Of a stretch of 64,000 nucleotides of DNA, positions 34,601 to 44,893 are shown one piece after another. Source of the stretch: a virus (Duplodnaviria > Caudoviricetes). Below the pieces are notes generated by a model. That model was not told where the DNA came from. It made no database searches and was given only the letters and a program-made list of their open reading frames with translations. Numbering within the stretch: position 1 is the first letter of the stretch; every line of letters starts with the position of its first letter. The stretch covers positions 11,148 through 75,147 of the IMG/VR virus record IMGVR_UViG_2706796142_000001; one strand, written 5' to 3'. The position numbers were made by a program, and so were the translations under genes.

Positions 34601-37600
34601 CCTGCTGTATCAGTCTCGGTCAGATAGTTACCCATCAGTACGTTGTATTTCTCCTGAGCGTAGTAACGCTCAACATCCTGATCAGCAGCATCTGGATTCA
34701 TCAGATCTTCCACCTTCAGTGTTTTGGTCACATGAGCATAAAGCTCCTGAGCACGAGACATTGAAGCTGGGTCGATTTTAGCCTGAGTCATCAAGGCACC
34801 AACCATTGCAGAGTAGGCAGTACCTTCTTGCATAGACATTGGGAACCCATGAGCATTAACAGATCCCTGTAAACGAACCACTGACATAAGAGCATTGTTC
34901 AGCTCGTTGTCACGTTTGGCACGAGTCAGTACATCTGGTGCGTCATTCAGATACTGAGCAACAGTCTTATCGAAGCCCTCAATCACTTCCTGAAGACGAG
35001 GATTATTCCCGTACTGTGAGTTGTGCATCAGTACTGTGTCTTGGTGAGTACTCAGTGTGGTCGGCATAGACCGCACGAATACAGCCGTGTTGAATGACAC
35101 GTTAGAGAACAGATCTTCACCCGGTTGTTCCGGGAAACGCTTACGTCCAAATGCCAGTTGTTTGATCCAACGAACAGCATCTTTAGCAATGCGAACCAAG
35201 AAGGAAGCTGGGGTGTTTCGGGTCACTGTTTCCAGATTCTGGTTAGCCAGAGTCCATGCCATGAACTCATTCAGAGCATAGGTTTTGGCCTTAGCAGTGT
35301 CCTGCATGATGTACTCAGAGATTGAGTTATAAGCATCGTTGTAAGCACGTTGCTGATCACGAGTCATATCTGATTTGTCCATCTGCATGAACTGGTTCAT
35401 TGACTCTTCCAGTCGCTCTACTGCTTCATCGATCACACCAGACAATGGCCCCATGTCCTGACCACTGTAGTGGGCAAACAGATTATCCATTGTTGCTGAG
35501 TGGATCATCTCATGCAGCACAACTTCCGGTGAGGCGTTAACCAGATAAATCACACCATCCAACGGAGAGTAGAAACCGTTTACAGATGGATCATTGAAGT
35601 ACTCGGACTTCAGCTCAGAGCCGTTATCTTTGTTCCACTGGATCAACTGTTCTGGTGTACCTGTCACCACTTTAAAGTTCTGTGGGCCAACGTTACGCAT
35701 CAGGAAATTGAACATTTTCTTCTGCGTGTCAGTGCCGGTACGGAACAGATTAGTCAGGGCATAACGAGTCATCAGCTTGGCACCAGAAGGTGTTTTAGCT
35801 GCAACCGTTTCAACCTGCTTGGCCTGCTCAACAGTAGCTGGCTTGAAGGTACGTTTTACCGGAGCACGTTTGTTCTCCAGACGAACTGCCAGATTCTTAT
35901 TCAGGGCATCCAGTTTTTCTGCATTGGTAGTTGGTACAGCAGTCTTGTCTCCCACAACATACGGGGAACCAACAGCAGCCATCTGATCAACAGAGATATT
36001 ATGGTTGTCCAGCACAGAGTGTCGGGCATCGATAATGTCAGCAGAGTAATCCAGTGTTGCTTGTAACTCTTGTAGCATATTCATAATGCCAGCATCAGAG
36101 ATAGAAGCAGCATCTTCTTCAGAGATAAACTCTGGGGAGATGGAACGAACAAAGGCTACCCGGCTTGCTTCCGGCATATTGTCTGCAACGTGTTTCATCA
36201 TCTGGTCGAAGCTGTCTTTCACAACACGGATCGGGTTATTCATCCAGCTATCGAACACACCTTGGTTCACTGTGGTGCTGTCCTGAGACAAGCGATCCAG
36301 TGCCATATTCATACCATCAAATACGTACAGGTTGTTCTTCGGTGCTTTAGGAGAGGTGGCAGTGTTCTGCACCATCTGCCCATCACCCATACCAATGTTG
36401 ATGAATGGGATACCGGATACACCGGAATCACTCGGAGCATCTACCGTTGCTGGCATACGCAGTTTGTCACTGAAGGTACGGCTAAAGTCTGTGTTGGCAA
36501 CCTCAGAAGACTGGGAGCCTGCAACATAGAAGTTCTGGGTTCCGGTCTGAATGAACGGAGCCAGTTTAACCAGTCCTTTCTGGATCTCGTTCAGGTCGTT
36601 TTGGGACAGGAACTCTGTACCAACATTACCTTTCTCGTCCAGACGTGCCTGCACTGCTTTCATGTAAGCATCCTGCAACACGATACTCTGTGCCTGAGTT
36701 GCCATGCGAACCAGTGTGGCTGATTGCAGTACTGAATCACCAACGACAGTACGGATCGCATTGTTCATCGGGGCGACGAACAGCGTTTCCATGTTGTCAC
36801 GGATGTTCTTCAGTTCATCCCGACCCAATGTGAATTCCTGAATGGACTTCATAGGGTTAGGCTGAGTAACACGCTCATTCAGAGTCATTGGCTTATTGCC
36901 TTTCTGAACAGCAACACGTTCAGTCAGGTTAGACAATGCACGCTGGAAGAATGCCATCTTAGCCGGATCACCGGGGAACATAGCATCAGCCAGAGTCAGG
37001 CTTGGATCCTGATCCATTGCCTCAGCAGCCAGTGACATACGCTGGTAGATTGAGTCAGCAATAGCCTTAGTCATTTTGCCAGCGATACCAGCAGAGCCGG
37101 AACCATACAGGGTAATGGTCAGTGGGTTCTTAGCGATACCACGTTTCATGTCTGTGATGTTGCCAGACTTGTCCGTGTTGATATCGTCGTTGAACTCACC
37201 CATCAGCCATTGCAGAGATGAAGACTGTTTCAGCAGATCACCTGTCAGCGACTTACGCAGACTTGAGATGTTCTGAGACAATACATCGGTAGTGGCTTGA
37301 TACATATCACGGCTAACCTGATCACCACGGGAACGCAGTTCATTGGCAGTCGTTGTTGCATCACCACCAATTACCACACCACCACGACCGAGGTTATCCA
37401 TCTCGTTCTGGGTGAATGGGCCAGTGGTCATCAGTGCAATTGCGTTAATAACACCGTTGGTCATGCCGTCAGCTTCAACGTACATAGGCGTTTTGAATGC
37501 TGCACGTTCTTCAGGAGTAGCCTGATCCAGACGAGCATATTCCAGCAGAGCCTGCATCTTCATGGCTGAGAGTTTACGGCCACCATTGTCAGACAGCAGG

Positions 37601-40600
37601 GTAGCAGTAATGTCATCAGACAAAGTGCCGGACTCATGGAAGTCACGCATAGCCTGAACAGAGTCAGCGAACTGGTTATTAAACAGTTCCTGTACCTGAG
37701 CCACAGAAGAATCTCTGTCCTGATTGTGGATCTTGATATCCATCATCTGAGCAGCAGCAACCATGAAAGCATCACGGTTCTCTTTCTGGTTCATATCCAG
37801 TGTTGACCACGTTGGCAGGATAGCTTCACGCATCAGTTTGCTGGACTGAGGATTCTGTTTACCCAGCATCTGCAAACGGTTAACACGGGTCATGGCATAG
37901 GCATAACGATGTTCAACCTGATCCAGAGGAATCCCGTTCTGATTACTGTGCAGAGTCGCAGCACCAACAATGTTCTGGAGCTGGTCATAGGCAGCAGTGA
38001 TCGACAGGTTACGTCCTTTCAGAGTCTCCAGATAATTCTTGTTCAGCAGTTCTTCACGGCTGGACAAGTCACCCTCACCGTACACATCAACCACGTTATC
38101 CCGGCCTAACTGAGTCAGGAAATTGACCATAGGCATGTGGAAATAAAACGGTTGATCCTGAGCATTCTTAACAGTGGCTTTCTGCTGGGCAGTCAGTTGC
38201 ACTGAAGCATTGTTCAGTTGGGTTCCGGTTACAGGCAGAGTGTTACCACCGAAGTGGAATGTCTCTTCTGGGTCAACCATCACAGAACGTTCAATAGCGT
38301 CAGGTGCAGCATGTACCGGGCTGTCAGAAGCCAGCAGCTCAACAGGGAACTTACTCTGAGCAGTTGGATTACCGGCAACGATACGGTTGATCTCTTTTAC
38401 ACCGGCACCAGAAGACTTCTCGCCATCATCCAGTAAACGACCCATGCCAATATCGTAACGGCCTTTCTGGATCTGGAAGATACCCACTGAAGGATCAGTC
38501 ATTGCTTCAATGATTTCACCAGCCATAGCCAGTGGGATCCCTTTGGTGTAACCCAGAGGTGCATCATTGTTTTCAGAGACTCCCCAGTACTGCTGGATCT
38601 TCTGAGCCAGTGAAGAGACAGCTTCCACTTGAGACAGGCCACTGTTCAACAGGTCAACCATATCGTCAGTTACGGCAGACTCATCGATACCAAAGAACTT
38701 CGCTGCACCTTCAACATCGGTAGCAGTGGTGTAGTTATTGGCAATCAGAGTCCACTGCATAGCAGCGAGAATGGCATTCTGTAACAGAGCAGGATTATAA
38801 CTGATCTTACCGTCAGCACTGGCTTCAGTCAGGTTAAGCAATTTACCAGCCAGATAAGTATTGGCCTTGGTCTTACCTGAGAGGAATGCCTGTCCTGCGG
38901 TCAGGTCAGACTTACCTTTTTTGTTAGCCCAAGTGTCTAACTGGTTCTGCATCTGTGCAGCAATAGCACGAGCACCATTCAGGAAGGTTCCATACGCCTG
39001 AGTAGTAGCACGAGGCATATCGTAGCCAGCCACGGCATTGCCCTTGATCATATTACTGACCAAAGCAAATCCGTTGGATACCTTAGAGATACGAGACTTC
39101 TCGGTCTTAGGCAGTTTGAATGCTTCGTGGAACTTGTTCCCGGCTACAGGCTGAACCAAAGAAGGATACACCTCAGCAACAGTGGTAGGCTCAGTAACAG
39201 CTTCTTTCACTGGTTCAGGTTTAGTTACTTCTTCTTTAGGAGCAGTCTTAGTCGTTTCTGTGTTTTCTGCTTTATCCTGTTCAGTAACAACAGCTTCTTC
39301 ACGGTTAGTCATTTCGTCAGACATACGTGAGAAATTGTCATTAGTTACAGCGTCATAGCCATCAGTACGCAGACGGTCATGAGCATCATTCATTTGCTCA
39401 TTCAGTTCTGCATCAGACATAGCAGAAATCTGATCATCAGATAATGGGGTAGGCGAGGTGTTCACCACTTCACTATCATTAGATTGATTAACTGATTTAT
39501 CTACCTTACGGGTTCCATCACGGAATGCTTTAGCAATCTCGCTAGGCGTACCCTGAACCAGTAAAGGATTCAGAGGAGTGTTCTCCAAATGCCTTACACC
39601 AAGCTCTGGGAAAGCCGTACCCAAACTGTTCGCCATGTTGGTAACAAACTGGGCTTCAAGCCCTACTTGTTTCGCAAGCGCAACCGAACGAGCATTCTGG
39701 GGATTGACGAAGAGTCCCTTGCTGCTGGTAGCCCAAGTCCGGTCGGGCATGAGGGCATCATAGTTGACCGTACTATTCGTATTCGGATCCGCCGTGACGA
39801 GATGGGTGTTCAACGCACCAACCTTGTTCTGCATGTGCTGGGCGAACTGCTGGAGATCAACAAGCAGATTCCGGGCCAGTTCGAGATTACCCGCCATGTA
39901 CGCAGACCGAATACCCTTCGCATGTTGCAACGCAGATTTTGTGCCTTCTGCACTTCGTGTCTCGTCCGTTTTAATCTGGGCTGACACTACGTCTTGCGGC
40001 TGCATCCCCTGAGCTGCTGCTTCTGCATCATATGCTTTAGCAGAATTCAGGAGAGCTGCTGCGGTTTGTAAGGCAGCACGCTGGGTATCGTTGAGTTGGA
40101 TCTGACCTGTCTGAGCGTGCTTGAGGATCTGATCCACTGCATCCACATTTGCTTTCTCCGGTGCGTATTCCGCAATCGCAATGTGGTTCTGTGCATTCTG
40201 CTGACCCTCTGGAGTAGCAATGTTCTCATCAGTTACAGGCTGAACCAGTCCAGAAGATTCAGCAGTGTTCACCAGATTATCCATGACCTTACCTGCCCGG
40301 CGTACAGACGGGGTATTAGTCACGTTGGCAATCACATCACCCACACCATTGGCAAACTGTACTGCTGGATGATCAGCAGGCAGATCGTCAAGTGCTTCTG
40401 GTGAAGTCTGAATAAACGCAGCCAGTTGACCCAAGTAAGCATTCAGCACCTGCATAACATTCATGCGATCCTGCTGGCTGTTCTTTGGATCAGTCATGAA
40501 GGTAGCCATCTGCTGCAAGGCTTGCACACGGTTAGTGGCACCCTGAACAGCACGACCAGCAGCTTCTGGCATCTGTGGAGCTTCTTCCTCAGCATTGAAG

Positions 40601-42231
40601 TTGAAGGTATCAGCCAGAGCGTTGATGTAATCGTTTGTGGCAGCTTTCTGATCATCAGGTAGTGCTGACTCAGATACAGCAGAAGTCGCTTCCTGTGCAG
40701 CCTGTGGAGCGTTCTGTTGTGCTTCAGCAGCAGCTTGTGCAATCACACTGTCAGCAACAGGTGAAGCCTGTTCATTGGCCTGAGTCACTGCATCCTGACG
40801 GCGTTGGATCAGAGTCTTAGAGGCTTTGGCAGCATTGATAGCAGCCATTGAACCAGTAGAAAGAACAGAGCCTGTTTTACCTGCTGCTTGTAAAGCACCA
40901 GCAGCACCCATTCCATACAGGCCACCAAGACCAGCTTGCTCACCAACACCTTTGGTCAGATCCAGATTAGGATCTACAGTGTTCTGCAATCCAATGTTCT
41001 GGGCAGTCTGCCCGGTAGCTGATTGCAGAGTTTCTTCCACACCTTCTTTCAGTGTGTTCTGACCCAGTTGACGAAGGGAAGATACTGCAAACGGGTTGGC
41101 TTCAAAGCCAGATGCAATACGTCCAGTCAGTGCAGCAGCCGGGCCTTGAATCAGAGCAGCCTGAAGACCAGCACTATGAGCCAGTGAAGTACGGGCATCT
41201 TCCTGTGACATACCCTGACCACCTTGAGAAACAGGTTTAGTCATCTGTACGAAATCAGGAGAGTTTTTGGTTAAGTCAGCAAAAGACATACCAGAAACTT
41301 CAGCAGAGTTCTGCTGGTAAGCCCCACCACCTTCCATCAAACCGATACCGGCAGCGGTAGAACGTTCAGCAGTAGCCAGACGTGACAACGCCGGGATCGC
41401 TTCTGAACCAGCTTTGATTGCTTTACCCAGTGGGCCAGCAGCCAGAATAGAACCGACACCCTGAGAGATACCATCAGCAACGATCTGCCCTGAGTCAGTA
41501 GCATTACTTACTGCATCAATAGCATCACGACCGATACGTTTCAGGCCAGCCATAAAGTTGCCATCGTTGCCAATGTCTTTCTGGTACTGAGCTGTGTTGT
41601 CACGGTAGTCGAGTGTGTTCTCTGTCTGGTTCAGACGGCGACGAGCATTAAGGGAATCAGACTCTGAACCAGTAATGGCATCATTGAGACTTTGGATCTG
41701 AGAAGAAGCCCACTGGCCTGCTTTGTCATCAACCATTCCCAGACCGAATGCAGCAATACCACCCAGACCATTTGCCAGACCTTGACCTACACCCAGTGCA
41801 GAATCACCCAGCATCTCACCAGTGGATCGAGGATTTACTGCATCGTTACGAGTCTGAGTTTCTGCCAGTGCTTGTCCGGCAATAATTTTATTCGCATCGG
41901 TAGTGCCATATTTGAGCATCAGGCTCAATGGATCCAGATTACGAATATCGGCTTCTAAACCAGTGGCACTTGCAGCCCCGGCACCTGTTTGTTTACCAAC
42001 CTGTGCAGAGTAATAGTCAGGCTGTCCAAAGGCAGCAACTTTACCCACAGCAGCATTAGCAACATCGTCCTGCTTCTGGCTGGAGACTCCTGCTACAGCA
42101 TTCATAGTCTGTGCAGGTACACCCGTAGAAGAGTCAGGAGCGATATTAGGAATGAAACTTTCTGGCGATGCTGGCTGGGATACGTTCCCATTTCCAGCAT
42201 ATTGATTTAACAGGTCGATAGGACTTGCCAT
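31660..42231 (-). CDS. Virion-encapsidated RNA polymerase (N4 gp50, vRNAP)
   Basis: 3523 aa; motif A YVEADGMTNG, motif B KRGIAKNPLTITLYG, motif C LYVFDG; hallmark of Schitoviridae. Confidence 0.97.
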   Translation of the reverse strand: MASPIDLLNQYAGNGNVSQPASPESFIPNIAPDSSTGVPAQTMNAVAGVSSQKQDDVANAAVGKVAAFGQPDYYSAQVGKQTGAGAASATGLEADIRNLDPLSLMLKYGTTDANKIIAGQALAETQTRNDAVNPRSTGEMLGDSALGVGQGLANGLGGIAAFGLGMVDDKAGQWASSQIQSLNDAITGSESDSLNARRRLNQTENTLDYRDNTAQYQKDIGNDGNFMAGLKRIGRDAIDAVSNATDSGQIVADGISQGVGSILAAGPLGKAIKAGSEAIPALSRLATAERSTAAGIGLMEGGGAYQQNSAEVSGMSFADLTKNSPDFVQMTKPVSQGGQGMSQEDARTSLAHSAGLQAALIQGPAAALTGRIASGFEANPFAVSSLRQLGQNTLKEGVEETLQSATGQTAQNIGLQNTVDPNLDLTKGVGEQAGLGGLYGMGAAGALQAAGKTGSVLSTGSMAAINAAKASKTLIQRRQDAVTQANEQASPVADSVIAQAAAEAQQNAPQAAQEATSAVSESALPDDQKAATNDYINALADTFNFNAEEEAPQMPEAAGRAVQGATNRVQALQQMATFMTDPKNSQQDRMNVMQVLNAYLGQLAAFIQTSPEALDDLPADHPAVQFANGVGDVIANVTNTPSVRRAGKVMDNLVNTAESSGLVQPVTDENIATPEGQQNAQNHIAIAEYAPEKANVDAVDQILKHAQTGQIQLNDTQRAALQTAAALLNSAKAYDAEAAAQGMQPQDVVSAQIKTDETRSAEGTKSALQHAKGIRSAYMAGNLELARNLLVDLQQFAQHMQNKVGALNTHLVTADPNTNSTVNYDALMPDRTWATSSKGLFVNPQNARSVALAKQVGLEAQFVTNMANSLGTAFPELGVRHLENTPLNPLLVQGTPSEIAKAFRDGTRKVDKSVNQSNDSEVVNTSPTPLSDDQISAMSDAELNEQMNDAHDRLRTDGYDAVTNDNFSRMSDEMTNREEAVVTEQDKAENTETTKTAPKEEVTKPEPVKEAVTEPTTVAEVYPSLVQPVAGNKFHEAFKLPKTEKSRISKVSNGFALVSNMIKGNAVAGYDMPRATTQAYGTFLNGARAIAAQMQNQLDTWANKKGKSDLTAGQAFLSGKTKANTYLAGKLLNLTEASADGKISYNPALLQNAILAAMQWTLIANNYTTATDVEGAAKFFGIDESAVTDDMVDLLNSGLSQVEAVSSLAQKIQQYWGVSENNDAPLGYTKGIPLAMAGEIIEAMTDPSVGIFQIQKGRYDIGMGRLLDDGEKSSGAGVKEINRIVAGNPTAQSKFPVELLASDSPVHAAPDAIERSVMVDPEETFHFGGNTLPVTGTQLNNASVQLTAQQKATVKNAQDQPFYFHMPMVNFLTQLGRDNVVDVYGEGDLSSREELLNKNYLETLKGRNLSITAAYDQLQNIVGAATLHSNQNGIPLDQVEHRYAYAMTRVNRLQMLGKQNPQSSKLMREAILPTWSTLDMNQKENRDAFMVAAAQMMDIKIHNQDRDSSVAQVQELFNNQFADSVQAMRDFHESGTLSDDITATLLSDNGGRKLSAMKMQALLEYARLDQATPEERAAFKTPMYVEADGMTNGVINAIALMTTGPFTQNEMDNLGRGGVVIGGDATTTANELRSRGDQVSRDMYQATTDVLSQNISSLRKSLTGDLLKQSSSLQWLMGEFNDDINTDKSGNITDMKRGIAKNPLTITLYGSGSAGIAGKMTKAIADSIYQRMSLAAEAMDQDPSLTLADAMFPGDPAKMAFFQRALSNLTERVAVQKGNKPMTLNERVTQPNPMKSIQEFTLGRDELKNIRDNMETLFVAPMNNAIRTVVGDSVLQSATLVRMATQAQSIVLQDAYMKAVQARLDEKGNVGTEFLSQNDLNEIQKGLVKLAPFIQTGTQNFYVAGSQSSEVANTDFSRTFSDKLRMPATVDAPSDSGVSGIPFINIGMGDGQMVQNTATSPKAPKNNLYVFDGMNMALDRLSQDSTTVNQGVFDSWMNNPIRVVKDSFDQMMKHVADNMPEASRVAFVRSISPEFISEEDAASISDAGIMNMLQELQATLDYSADIIDARHSVLDNHNISVDQMAAVGSPYVVGDKTAVPTTNAEKLDALNKNLAVRLENKRAPVKRTFKPATVEQAKQVETVAAKTPSGAKLMTRYALTNLFRTGTDTQKKMFNFLMRNVGPQNFKVVTGTPEQLIQWNKDNGSELKSEYFNDPSVNGFYSPLDGVIYLVNASPEVVLHEMIHSATMDNLFAHYSGQDMGPLSGVIDEAVERLEESMNQFMQMDKSDMTRDQQRAYNDAYNSISEYIMQDTAKAKTYALNEFMAWTLANQNLETVTRNTPASFLVRIAKDAVRWIKQLAFGRKRFPEQPGEDLFSNVSFNTAVFVRSMPTTLSTHQDTVLMHNSQYGNNPRLQEVIEGFDKTVAQYLNDAPDVLTRAKRDNELNNALMSVVRLQGSVNAHGFPMSMQEGTAYSAMVGALMTQAKIDPASMSRAQELYAHVTKTLKVEDLMNPDAADQDVERYYAQEKYNVLMGNYLTETDTAGRSSLLPSFLALATVNDGLREVLAKLPLPKLDLNGDKTLDAVLENTGTRLINKLSNTMAGERGDSVQAAVDSLTGHILDIAQNRETFFDQYASKAGGFIDRANDYIVQAMDDLSSGLIDKAEKVKNKSNNKYVKALASSAKLIGAIATEKNGAHVADGVMTALNRSRGLQPWFDLVNDMVGRTESNAGVYDMIKAVHALVQQDRQQFRQHLPTVIADKFSRDLTEAEWTLLHKSLGKADLASLGQSLSNDEIHTLISKPSEFKRAVKHLETQLKNADPDNFDLYQAKMQQLAGYMMNGEHGQNLLRNAEAISRLLGEKPAKGFKLKDKQFVAMVDQLTSLYALDMLNLKERYDLSTLVDNEAEGIDFAMAYLKGQQVEEKRKADKSSAAKFNQYKGYIPSENQQGVSLIVASDAEYDRLSKMSYVRVGDYKGSSAEGNRGKHGYYYAPVSGRAVFNQGIMQNIRQTVNGVDVNSGNTVHTMVAGRITDPTEIRNITKRMARGETGEHLLPVYNNKGTVIAYERSLAPQQTARLNKETNLAKMIGVWRGRQVEEIRAGAVNTALVDSLHRMYEKDMVNDPSNKAAYINIMDPRELAKDKVLSDAVSLFTPEVQEHIEDTFGKEFYVRRDMLADAFGYRDASIGDAWTGNSRWNKSALDTAKNVALAMFGNKAYQYATNAERFTQNLVHDARTMIIVKSIIVPVSNALGNVYQLISRGVPIADIARGLPRKLAEIDKYTKSRVRQIEAEAELRAANGDVVKTRKLKAEIQTILDSHSRMSIWPLIQAGEFSAINDASLAGEETALTSGKLYSYLEEKVDKLPKEVRDMGRYALITQDTALFKGLEKAMDYGDFISKAILFDHLTKRQQKTTEYALSRITEEYVNYDRLPGRFRGYMEKTGLLWFYNFKIRSAKVAMSMLRNNPVHALVGAMTPHPTLFGTIGSPITDNMFTVLGDGRMSYSLGIGQALQSPMLNPWVNILAH

Positions 42232-42265
42232 CTCTGGTTCCCTTAATTCGATATAAGTTTGAGAG

Positions 42266-42294
42266 AATTTACACTAATAGGGAGGCTGAAACAA
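42266..42294 (-). promoter_or_regulatory. Possible sigma70-type late promoter for vRNAP
   Basis: Minus strand TTGTTT-17nt-TAAATT upstream of the AGGGA RBS. Confidence 0.35.
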
Positions 42295-42322
42295 GAAAGC
42301 CCCATCGCAAGGATAGGGCTTT
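42291..42322 (-). terminator. Probable terminator after gp51-like gene
   Basis: Minus strand AAGCCCTATC-CTTGC-GATGGGGCTT then TCTTGTTT. Confidence 0.65.
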
Positions 42323-42338
42323 TTGAGGTTAAAAGATA

Positions 42339-44417
42339 TTAAGGACGTTGGCTTAACGCATTCAAATACGCAGCATTTTGAGTAATACGGCTGCGATTCT
42401 CTTTCTCGTTCTGAGCACGTCGAGCAGCAGCAGTCAGAACAGCAGCATCATTAGCCTGCTGTGCTCTTGCACCAGTAGGATCCGCATCCATTGGAATGTT
42501 GGACGGATTACCTGCTGTCTGCTGCAAAGCATTTTGATATGCCTGTTGTGCAGCCTGAGCCTGCTGGGTGTACTGCTGAACCAAAGGAGCCAGAGCAGGT
42601 TGGCTACGAACGCGTACCTGCAATTGCTGGAGCTGCTGGAGTGCAGCATCAGCCTGAGCTTTAGCCTGACTAACAACCTGAGCCTGAGCACGGTTCTGTT
42701 GGTTCTGAAGCACCTGTGGGATGAATCCACTGGACTTCATCTTAGTGATATCGTCACGGACACCAGAGTCATCCAGACGGATACCATTAGCCAAGTTCGG
42801 TGTGCTATCTCCATTACCCAGTGGGTTGCCAAGATAACGCATCACCTGACCAACAGTACCACTGTCAGACTTACGAACGTTACGGGCCATAATCGCACCA
42901 GCAGTGGCTGCGTTATAACCAGTCTGCTGCATAATCTTCTGGATCTCACCAACGAGGAAACCATTGTCAGTTCCCTTGAAGTCACCAGAAGAACGCAGCT
43001 TACTTGCTACCTGTTGAGTGGTAGAAGTATCGTTCAGACTGTCAGACAGATCAGCAGCAAGGCCAGTACTGTTCTGAGCCAGACGAGAATTCAGCAGTAA
43101 CTGAGAGGTGTTCTGAGCTGTGGTGTTATCCCGTTGTACTCCCGGAATACTCTGTGGATCCGTAGCATCAGGAACACGCTGACCAGTTTCACCCTGAGCA
43201 ATCATCTGGCGAGCCTGTGACCACGGTACATTTTTAAATGCACCCGGCACATTGGCACCCGGCAGGTTAGATAACCCTTTCCAAGTCTGAGTCAAATCAC
43301 CGTTATTACGGTCATTATAAATAGCCTCAGCTACCTTATCTTGGTTCTCCTGAGTGTTCGGAATGTTCTTCCAATCAGCACCAAACACTTTAGGAGCATA
43401 GTCGTTATAGGTTCCAGCAGTGATCTGGTATGCACCAGTTGCTGAGGTTCCCATATCTGGCCCAGCACCCACTTTACCTCTGGTGTTAGGGATCAGTGTG
43501 TTGTTGCCGAAGTCTACGACTTCGCCCATTGTCATCTGGTCAACAGGTTTGCTCGGCGTACCGAACTGACCGTTACCATAAACAGTACTTGAAGCTGAAC
43601 CAGAAGGAGCTGCACCACCTCCACCACCGGGAGCACCACCACCATATAAGCCGGGGTTAGCAGCACGGAGTAATGCAGTCACAGCAGGATCAGCACCCGG
43701 TGAAGAGTTATACTGTTCAATTTTTGCCAGCTTATCTGCCGGGCTGAAAGTAGAACTGATCAGGTCTTGCTGGATCCGGTTAGCCGTTTCCTGACGACCA
43801 TAGTTGGTCATGTCTTTGCCAAGTTCAAACTGGCTTGCACTGTTACGCAACTGCTGACCGGTATCACTCAACTGACGAGTGTTCAGACCAGCATTGTTGT
43901 TGTTCAGTGTCTGAGTCTGTTCCGGTGTTAACCGACCCAGTAAAGCCTGATTCGAGTTAGTGAGTTGATCACCTAATCCACGATTGCCCTGTGCATAAGC
44001 AGCATTGATCTGAGCAATAATTGGAGCTGCTGCATCACTGTTAGCATCCAATGTCTTGGTTCTGTCCAGACCGTAGTTACGGTAATCCAGAGTCGATTGC
44101 TGAGTTGCATTGTTCAGCAAGTCAGTAGAGCGAGCACTCAGATCCCGTAATGCTTCAGGAGTCAGATTGGTTGGATCAATACCCTGAGTAAGAGCACCAC
44201 TCTGTAAAGCCTGCTGATACGAAGTGGGATCGGTGTAACGCAGAGCATTCTGCAATACAGCAGCAGTAGTCTGATCCTGTTGAGCTTTACCAAACCCAGC
44301 TAATCCCTGAGACAGAGAGTTAGCAGCATTCCCAAACAGAGCAGCCGTATCACGGATGCCCTGCTGAGAAGCGGATCCAGAGGGAGCATCAACATTACGC
44401 CATGTAAGCTGTGCCAT
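42339..44417 (-). CDS. Ejection/internal virion protein with lysozyme-like domain (N4 gp51-like)
   Basis: MAQLTWRNVDAP N-terminus; SATGAYQIT...TY, ENQDKVA lysozyme-like motifs; synteny. Confidence 0.8.
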   Translation of the reverse strand: MAQLTWRNVDAPSGSASQQGIRDTAALFGNAANSLSQGLAGFGKAQQDQTTAAVLQNALRYTDPTSYQQALQSGALTQGIDPTNLTPEALRDLSARSTDLLNNATQQSTLDYRNYGLDRTKTLDANSDAAAPIIAQINAAYAQGNRGLGDQLTNSNQALLGRLTPEQTQTLNNNNAGLNTRQLSDTGQQLRNSASQFELGKDMTNYGRQETANRIQQDLISSTFSPADKLAKIEQYNSSPGADPAVTALLRAANPGLYGGGAPGGGGGAAPSGSASSTVYGNGQFGTPSKPVDQMTMGEVVDFGNNTLIPNTRGKVGAGPDMGTSATGAYQITAGTYNDYAPKVFGADWKNIPNTQENQDKVAEAIYNDRNNGDLTQTWKGLSNLPGANVPGAFKNVPWSQARQMIAQGETGQRVPDATDPQSIPGVQRDNTTAQNTSQLLLNSRLAQNSTGLAADLSDSLNDTSTTQQVASKLRSSGDFKGTDNGFLVGEIQKIMQQTGYNAATAGAIMARNVRKSDSGTVGQVMRYLGNPLGNGDSTPNLANGIRLDDSGVRDDITKMKSSGFIPQVLQNQQNRAQAQVVSQAKAQADAALQQLQQLQVRVRSQPALAPLVQQYTQQAQAAQQAYQNALQQTAGNPSNIPMDADPTGARAQQANDAAVLTAAARRAQNEKENRSRITQNAAYLNALSQRP

Positions 44418-44426
44418 TATTTTCCC

Positions 44427-44891
44427 TTACTTGGAGAGGCTATTTTTATTGATATAGTCCTGAGTCTGAGCATCATCCCAACCTTCCACTGAAGCACGGG
44501 AAGTAGCACGGTCACTCAGAGCAGTATTATATGACTTCATCTGGTTCGCCAGATTGGTATCACTCACCTGCTTGGCATAATTAAACTGACTGTTTGCCAG
44601 TTTATTGGACTGGAATGCACCCCAGAGATTTCCAATAGATGCCAGACCAGAGAGGCCCAATTGAGCTGTTGGCAGGTTAAGACCTAAACCCTGTGCTCCA
44701 TTGCCACCAACACCGTTACCCAGACCGAACGAACTCTGCTGCTGTTGTCCTGTATTAAAAAAGGAGTTGTTGTTGGTAGCCAGTGAACCAGTAAAGTCAG
44801 TTCCGGCTGTATTCCCCATACCAAAGTCCATACCCTGCAAACTCCCATATGGGGAAGATTGGTAATTGAAGCCCGTATCAAAGAGACTCAT
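44427..44891 (-). CDS. Small internal virion protein (N4 gp52-like)
   Basis: G/N/Q-rich, LGLSGLASIGNLWGAF helix; synteny. Confidence 0.8.
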   Translation of the reverse strand: MSLFDTGFNYQSSPYGSLQGMDFGMGNTAGTDFTGSLATNNNSFFNTGQQQQSSFGLGNGVGGNGAQGLGLNLPTAQLGLSGLASIGNLWGAFQSNKLANSQFNYAKQVSDTNLANQMKSYNTALSDRATSRASVEGWDDAQTQDYINKNSLSK

Positions 44892-44893
44892 GT

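Noticed and set aside
31807-43100. Many plus-strand ORFs opposite vRNAP and gp51 (e.g. 33082-33879, 36190-36723, 42378-43100)
   Set aside because: Antisense shadows of strongly codon-biased genes; no RBS pattern or recognisable motifs
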